Origin: an archaeon
Lineage (GTDB): Archaea > EX4484-52 > WAPT01
Assembly: GCA_029258795.1 (NCBI GenBank)
Contig: JAPDKB010000007.1
Span: forward strand, 246,186 to 310,185
Direction of reading: 5' to 3'
Length of the DNA stretch: 64,000 nucleotides
The notes below the pieces were generated by a model. The model was not told the DNA's origin. It ran no database searches and saw nothing but the letters and a program-made list of their open reading frames with translations. The position numbers and the translations under genes are program-made. Of the stretch, positions 59,367 through 64,000 are shown piece by piece. Every line of letters starts with the position of its first letter. The stretch's first letter is position 1.

Positions 59367-59383
59367 TTAGATTTTGAATCTAA
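59367..59383. promoter_or_regulatory. Palindromic operator upstream of the putative csa3 promoter
   Basis: TTAGAT-N5-ATCTAA, upstream of a minus-strand BRE/TATA (tttaaa 59344-59349). Confidence 0.6.
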
Positions 59384-59454
59384 ATATTAAGAGAAACAAC
59401 AGAAAAACAGAAAAGAGATAAAAAAGAAAACAAACCTCTCAACTTTGGTTTGAG

Positions 59455-60108
59455 TTACTTCTTCTTTTTTCTTGCTGCGGGTTTGCTCTGGTTTTTCATG
59501 TATTCCCTGAAGTAGCTCTCCGCCATTTCCTTCACTATGTCCTTGAGGCCGAGACCTATCGCTATTGCCAAGCCAAAGGCAAAGGCACCGACTATCAGCA
59601 GCAGGAGGTAGTTGAGCAGGTCAGTGGGTATGTGCAGCAGCTGTAGTGATGTTGTTATTCCCACGTACAGTATGAAGAGGAAAATCAGCTTACCCAGAAG
59701 GTTGCCATAGAATTCCCTAGAGCGGAAAATATCGTCCTTGATGTACAATCCAATACCGTAGCTACCCAGCAGCACCGCTGTAGCACCTATAACTCCCGGA
59801 AGTATTGAGATTACTGCTCCCATCAGGTTAACCAGCGCGTCTATCTTTGCTATATTCGCCGCATACTGTAAGAAGTAAAGTATGGTTGCCCACTTAAATA
59901 TCAGCGAAAATATGAACGCCACACTCAAATATGTACGCTCCCTGTAAAACCTCTCAACTGCCGTGCTGCTGATCAATCTGTAGGATATAGTTTCCACTAT
60001 CTTCCCCGCTATGTAGCCGCCCACCACCACCAGCAGCGCAAGCACGAGGTTTGGCAGGTATTCCACTGTCTTCTGTGCCAGCATCGAAGGCATTTCTCCC
60101 AGAGGCAT
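59455..60108 (-). CDS. Membrane protein with MscS-associated TM-helix repeats
   Basis: YLPNLV.A.....GY..G repeat units; LAIAIGLG.K. Confidence 0.75.
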   Translation of the reverse strand: MPLGEMPSMLAQKTVEYLPNLVLALLVVVGGYIAGKIVETISYRLISSTAVERFYRERTYLSVAFIFSLIFKWATILYFLQYAANIAKIDALVNLMGAVISILPGVIGATAVLLGSYGIGLYIKDDIFRSREFYGNLLGKLIFLFILYVGITTSLQLLHIPTDLLNYLLLLIVGAFAFGLAIAIGLGLKDIVKEMAESYFREYMKNQSKPAARKKKK

Positions 60109-60187
60109 GTTTGTTCACCTCTAAATATATTGATGTTTTCAGTTTGGATTCCATGATTTATAAGTTTTCACCCTCACATTTTTTGGC

Positions 60188-61291
60188 ATGAAGGGAGGGG
60201 AGGATAAGATAAAAATCATAGAAAAAAGAAAGGAAGACCACCTGAAGCTTTGTTTGCGGGATGAGGTTGAGACAGATTTTTCTGCCGGGTTTGAAGATGT
60301 TCATCTCATCCATATGTCTGTGCCGGACTTCGATTTTGATGATGTGGACACCTCCTGCAATTTGTTTGGAAAAAAGATGGATGCTCCGATAATAATTGAG
60401 GCGATGACTGGTGGGGCAGAGATAGCCCACAAGGTCAACACGAACATTGCCAGAGCGGCTGAGGAATGTGGTGTAGCTATGGGTGTTGGTTCTGTCAGAG
60501 CTGCCATCGAGAACAAGGAGCTCTGGTACACGTATCAGGTGAGAGAAGTTGCACCATCCATCCCGCTCATATCCAACCTCGGGCTGGTGCAGTTCTCAAA
60601 CGGATACGGGCTGGATGAAATGGTGGAAGCTGTGGAAGCCATGGAGGCAGATGCTCTTGCCATCCACCTCAACCCGTTGCAGGAGGTTGTGCAGCCGGAA
60701 GGAGATAGGAAATGGAAGAACTCGCTTGATATGGTGTCTGACCTCATGAACCATGTTAACTTCCCCGTAATAGCCAAGGAGACAGGAGCTGGAATCTCTA
60801 GGGAGGTTGCAGTTAAGCTTGAGAAGGCAGGATTTAAAGCCATAGATGTTGGCGGAGTTGGAGGAACTTCATTTGCCATGGTTGAACATTTGAGGCATGA
60901 TGAGGAGAGCAAGAATGAGCTCGGCAGGGTGTTCAAGGATTGGGGTGTGCCAACAGCAATATCCATAGTGGAGTGCAGCATGTCAACCAGCTTGCCAGTC
61001 ATAGCTTCCGGTGGGGTGAGAGGCGGGCTGGATGGGGCTAAAAGCATAGCATTAGGAGCCAGTTATTTTGGTGGAGCAAGACCTTTCCTTAAAGCTGCTA
61101 TGGAAAGCCATGAGAAGGTGAAGGAAATAATCGAGAGGTGGAAAGCCGAGCTCAAGGTTGCGATGTTTCTCGTGGGAGCTAGAAATCTGGAAGAGTTGAA
61201 GAAAAAGAATGTGGTGATTACGGGATTCGTGAAAGAATGGCTGGAGGCGAGAGGAATTAATGTGAAAATATTCGCGAGCAGAGAAAGCTAA
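60188..61291 (+). CDS. fni: Type 2 isopentenyl-diphosphate isomerase
   Basis: RKEDHL, AMTGG, HLN.LQE..QPEGD, KETG.G, GGTS, WG.PT, SGGVR. Confidence 0.96.
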   Translation: MKGGEDKIKIIEKRKEDHLKLCLRDEVETDFSAGFEDVHLIHMSVPDFDFDDVDTSCNLFGKKMDAPIIIEAMTGGAEIAHKVNTNIARAAEECGVAMGVGSVRAAIENKELWYTYQVREVAPSIPLISNLGLVQFSNGYGLDEMVEAVEAMEADALAIHLNPLQEVVQPEGDRKWKNSLDMVSDLMNHVNFPVIAKETGAGISREVAVKLEKAGFKAIDVGGVGGTSFAMVEHLRHDEESKNELGRVFKDWGVPTAISIVECSMSTSLPVIASGGVRGGLDGAKSIALGASYFGGARPFLKAAMESHEKVKEIIERWKAELKVAMFLVGARNLEELKKKNVVITGFVKEWLEARGINVKIFASRES

Positions 61292-61300
61292 CCACCAAAT

Positions 61301-61492
61301 TCAGAACTTGCGGTTCTTCACAACTCTGACCATATAACCTGCGACTCTATTCCTGAGCTTTTTGCTGGGAACAACATTCAGCTCCTTCAGCACGGCTTTG
61401 TTGTGGTCAAAGTCATCAGTAAACAAATCCGGATAGCTATCCGCCAACCTCCTCGCAATTTTTTTGACCATGGCCGTTCTTATTCTTCCCAT
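61301..61492 (-). CDS. rps17e: 30S ribosomal protein S17e
   Basis: MGRIRT..VK, F..DF..NK, SKKLRNRVAGY. Confidence 0.97.
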   Translation of the reverse strand: MGRIRTAMVKKIARRLADSYPDLFTDDFDHNKAVLKELNVVPSKKLRNRVAGYMVRVVKNRKF

Positions 61493-61558
61493 GCGCTCTC
61501 ACCACACCAAACATCTTTTGGGTTTACCTTTAAAAATCTTCCTTCCAACACAGCATGT

Positions 61559-62608
61559 ATGACTGGTGTCAAGAAAAAACTCTACATTGCTTCTTCTCCA
61601 GTCGGAATTTTTGCGGTTGATGAGGAAGGTGAGGTTGTGGATGAGATTATTTTTGAGAAAGACGCTGATATCATTGCAAGGAAGCTCATGCTGCTCAGGT
61701 CAAAAGAGCTGGGAGAGGAGGAGAAAAAGCTTGCTGAAAAATACGGGAAGAAGTATGAGCTGATTTTTGAGGTGGAGAAGGAAGGCTTTTCCTTCGAATT
61801 TCCAAATCGGTGTGGAAAGTGGTTGAGGGCAAATCTGGAAAAGCTTGCAAAGAAGCATGGCTTTACCAAGGACAGGAAGAGCTTTGTCAATTTTATGAGT
61901 GATGTGAGCTTTGCGTTCAGCAAGTTGAAGCTCAAGGGTATGGAGGTTGAGGACCGCTTCGTTATCCATCTTGCTGAAACGATAGAGGAACTGGACAAAG
62001 CGATAAACCTTCTTGTGGTGAGGTTGAGGGAATGGTACGGCATGTACTATCCCGAGCTGGTGAGGCAGAAGGAGAATGAGGAAATAGTTGATTATGTTGT
62101 TGAAAAGCTCTACAGGAAGGAGGATAGCATAGGATATGATCTCAAGAAAGACGAGCTTGAAGCCATAAGGACTCTTGCAAAACAGATAAAGGAGATGTAC
62201 GAGCTGAGGGAGAAGTTGAAGAAGGAGCTTGAAAGAAAGATGAAGGAGATCATGCCCAACACGACCCATGTTGTTGGAGCAGAAATCGCGGCAAAGCTTT
62301 TGACCCTTGCTGGAGGGCTGGAGAAGCTCGCAAAGCTGCCTTCCTCCACCATTCAGGTGTTGGGAGCTGAAAAAGCTCTTTTCAGATTCCTCAGCGGGAA
62401 GGGCAAATCTCCAAAGCACGGTGTGATATTTTTAACGCCTTACATACAGAAAGTGCCCAAAAAGGCGAGGGGTAAGATGGCAAGAAAACTCGCTAGCAAG
62501 ATCTCCATCGCTGCTAAGCTCGATTACTTTAACAGGGAGAGGTTTGAAGGTGAGAAGTTGAAGAAGGAGCTTGAGGAGGAAATGGAAAAGCTTATCAAGA
62601 AGGGCTGA
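61559..62608 (+). CDS. nop5: Nop5 (C/D snoRNP protein)
   Basis: RLREWYG.YYPEL, LAKLPSSTIQVLGAEKALF, PKHGVIF, RGK.AR.LA. Confidence 0.95.
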   Translation: MTGVKKKLYIASSPVGIFAVDEEGEVVDEIIFEKDADIIARKLMLLRSKELGEEEKKLAEKYGKKYELIFEVEKEGFSFEFPNRCGKWLRANLEKLAKKHGFTKDRKSFVNFMSDVSFAFSKLKLKGMEVEDRFVIHLAETIEELDKAINLLVVRLREWYGMYYPELVRQKENEEIVDYVVEKLYRKEDSIGYDLKKDELEAIRTLAKQIKEMYELREKLKKELERKMKEIMPNTTHVVGAEIAAKLLTLAGGLEKLAKLPSSTIQVLGAEKALFRFLSGKGKSPKHGVIFLTPYIQKVPKKARGKMARKLASKISIAAKLDYFNRERFEGEKLKKELEEEMEKLIKKG

Positions 62609-63264
62609 TGCTCATGAAGATGCCCGCAAATCTTATCAGGATTGGAAAGAATTTCGCCACGCTTAATGTGTGGAAGCAGAGAGTTTATGATGAAGCCGTA
62701 GTCAAGCATAAGGGTAAGGAGTACAGAATCTGGAACCCTCGCAAAAGCAAGCTGTGCGCAGCTTTACACAAAGGGCTGAAGTTTCTGCCTCTGGATAAGG
62801 GAACAAAAGTGCTTTACCTCGGTATAGCCTCCGGCACTACGGCATCCCACATCTCGGATATTGTGGGTAAGGAAGGTGTGATTTACGGTGTGGAGTTCTC
62901 CCCCAGAGCTCTGCGCGACCTCATGCTCATCTGCAAGAAAAGGAAGAACATAGCCCCAATTCTGGGTGATGCTCGACTACCTTACACCTACGCCAATCTC
63001 GTGGAAGAGGTTGATGTGATTTATGAGGATGTTGCTCAGCCGGATCAGGTGGAGATTCTGAAAAGAAATGCCAAAGCGTTTCTGAAGAAGAATGGCTGGA
63101 TCATGATGGCTGTTAAAGCAAGAAGCATAGACGTCAGCAGGAAGCCCAGAGAGATATTCAGGGACTGCAGAAAAGAGCTGGAAGAGATGTTTGAAATTAA
63201 AGCAGAGTTGAGACTGGAGCCGTTTGAAAAGGATCACGCGTTCTTTGTTGGCAGGATGAAATAA
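62608..63264 (+). CDS. flpA: Fibrillarin 2'-O-methyltransferase
   Basis: YR.WNP..SKL, VLYLG.ASGTT.SH.SD, DVAQPDQ, LEPFE.DH. Confidence 0.97.
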   Translation: MLMKMPANLIRIGKNFATLNVWKQRVYDEAVVKHKGKEYRIWNPRKSKLCAALHKGLKFLPLDKGTKVLYLGIASGTTASHISDIVGKEGVIYGVEFSPRALRDLMLICKKRKNIAPILGDARLPYTYANLVEEVDVIYEDVAQPDQVEILKRNAKAFLKKNGWIMMAVKARSIDVSRKPREIFRDCRKELEEMFEIKAELRLEPFEKDHAFFVGRMK

Positions 63265-63290
63265 GAGAGGAAGTAAAATAAAAGGCGGGG

Positions 63291-63797
63291 CTACAAATCC
63301 CGGTATTTCTCCTCAAGTCTTCTCTTGATTTCTTCTATGGTTTCGAGTGCGTCCACATACCATCTTCCCAGACGGGTACATCCACCTTCTATTTCCCTGC
63401 AGTAGCCCGGTGACTTCAATTTATCCAGTTCCTGCGGTGATATTTGTTTTGAAATCTCCAAACCCTGATTATAAATCCTTTTCAGTTCCCTGTACAAGTG
63501 GTCAATATCTATTAAAAGTAAACCTATCATTTGATTTCGAGAATTCTCGATCGATTTCTCTATCTGTTCACGTTCATCCTTGGTGAAGTACATGACGCTT
63601 CTATATATTTCTTCCAAACCAACCATGCCCGAAAACACCTTACAATCTGATGCCACGTTGAACTCTGAAGGCAATCCCTCTACACCCTCCTGCTTGTAAA
63701 GTCGATAAAGTGTATGAGGACACCTGCTTGGTATTTCCTCTTTGAGAATACGATGATAAGTATCCACCAGTTCCATTAATTTCTTAATGTTTTCCAT
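63291..63797 (-). CDS. Hypothetical helical protein
   Basis: GAGGTGG SD; 168-codon open frame. Confidence 0.65.
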   Translation of the reverse strand: MENIKKLMELVDTYHRILKEEIPSRCPHTLYRLYKQEGVEGLPSEFNVASDCKVFSGMVGLEEIYRSVMYFTKDEREQIEKSIENSRNQMIGLLLIDIDHLYRELKRIYNQGLEISKQISPQELDKLKSPGYCREIEGGCTRLGRWYVDALETIEEIKRRLEEKYRDL

Positions 63798-63911
63798 AAC
63801 ACCACCTCTTAAAAGTGGTTAATTTTGAGTTAATGAAATAAACTTAAAATAATTTTTGTTCAGGCAGCAGTCCAAAAAAGTTAATATACCTCTTTCTCCA
63901 TATCATGAAAC

Positions 63912-64000
63912 ATGCTGGCATTCATCAAGGAGATTTATGAGGTAGAGAGCAAAAATCCTGAGGGAAAGGTTGAGAAGAATGTTGTGGAGATAAGGCATGA
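63912..64000 (+). CDS. 5' end of a CDS running off the window
   Basis: MLAFIKEIYEVESKNPEGKVEKNVVEIRH..., open to the edge. Confidence 0.45.
   Translation, partial: MLAFIKEIYEVESKNPEGKVEKNVVEIRH

Noticed and set aside
3630-62709. Many antisense or alternative-frame ORFs (e.g. 3630..4244, 23797..24585, 29186..29989, 61700..62419)
   Set aside because: Shadows of well-supported genes, with S/F/L-rich composition and no motifs
1-64000. Transposase, integrase, rRNA, SRP RNA or RNase P RNA
   Set aside because: No diagnostic motifs were seen by eye

Overview
Archaeal chromosomal segment. Evidence: eS1, eL21, Rpo4, eL37, eS8, eS17, Nop5/fibrillarin, archaeal ThrRS, GGTGA Shine-Dalgarno and TTTAAA TATA boxes. 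A DPANN-like, probably thermophilic host is inferred from the gene content: Cys-rich surface proteins, a HerA-like ATPase, an NTase/TIM-barrel cluster, and TtuA/TrmI/Pus10. From left to right the window holds: (1) an AT-rich restriction island (partial DPPF methyltransferase missed by the ORF track, DUF262/DUF1524 GmrSD-like nuclease, DpnII-like REase, and an internally deleted putative methyltransferase); (2) an uncharacterised NTase-HEPN / EndoIV-like TIM-barrel / paralog-pair cluster; (3) surface-protein genes; (4) housekeeping operons, two tRNAs (Gly-GCC, Gln-CTG) and a doubly frameshifted vapBC; (5) a complete type III-A CRISPR-Cas locus (cas10, csm2-5, cas1, cas2, 35-repeat array, CARF-HEPN effector, cas6, Csa3-like CARF-HTH). 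The most interesting signals are a shared palindromic operator plus a uORF/hairpin leader around the Csa3-like gene, repeat variants confined to four mostly adenine positions, spacers antisense to translation starts, and several unusual fusions or degenerate enzymes. All family assignments come from motif recognition by eye; no database searches were run.
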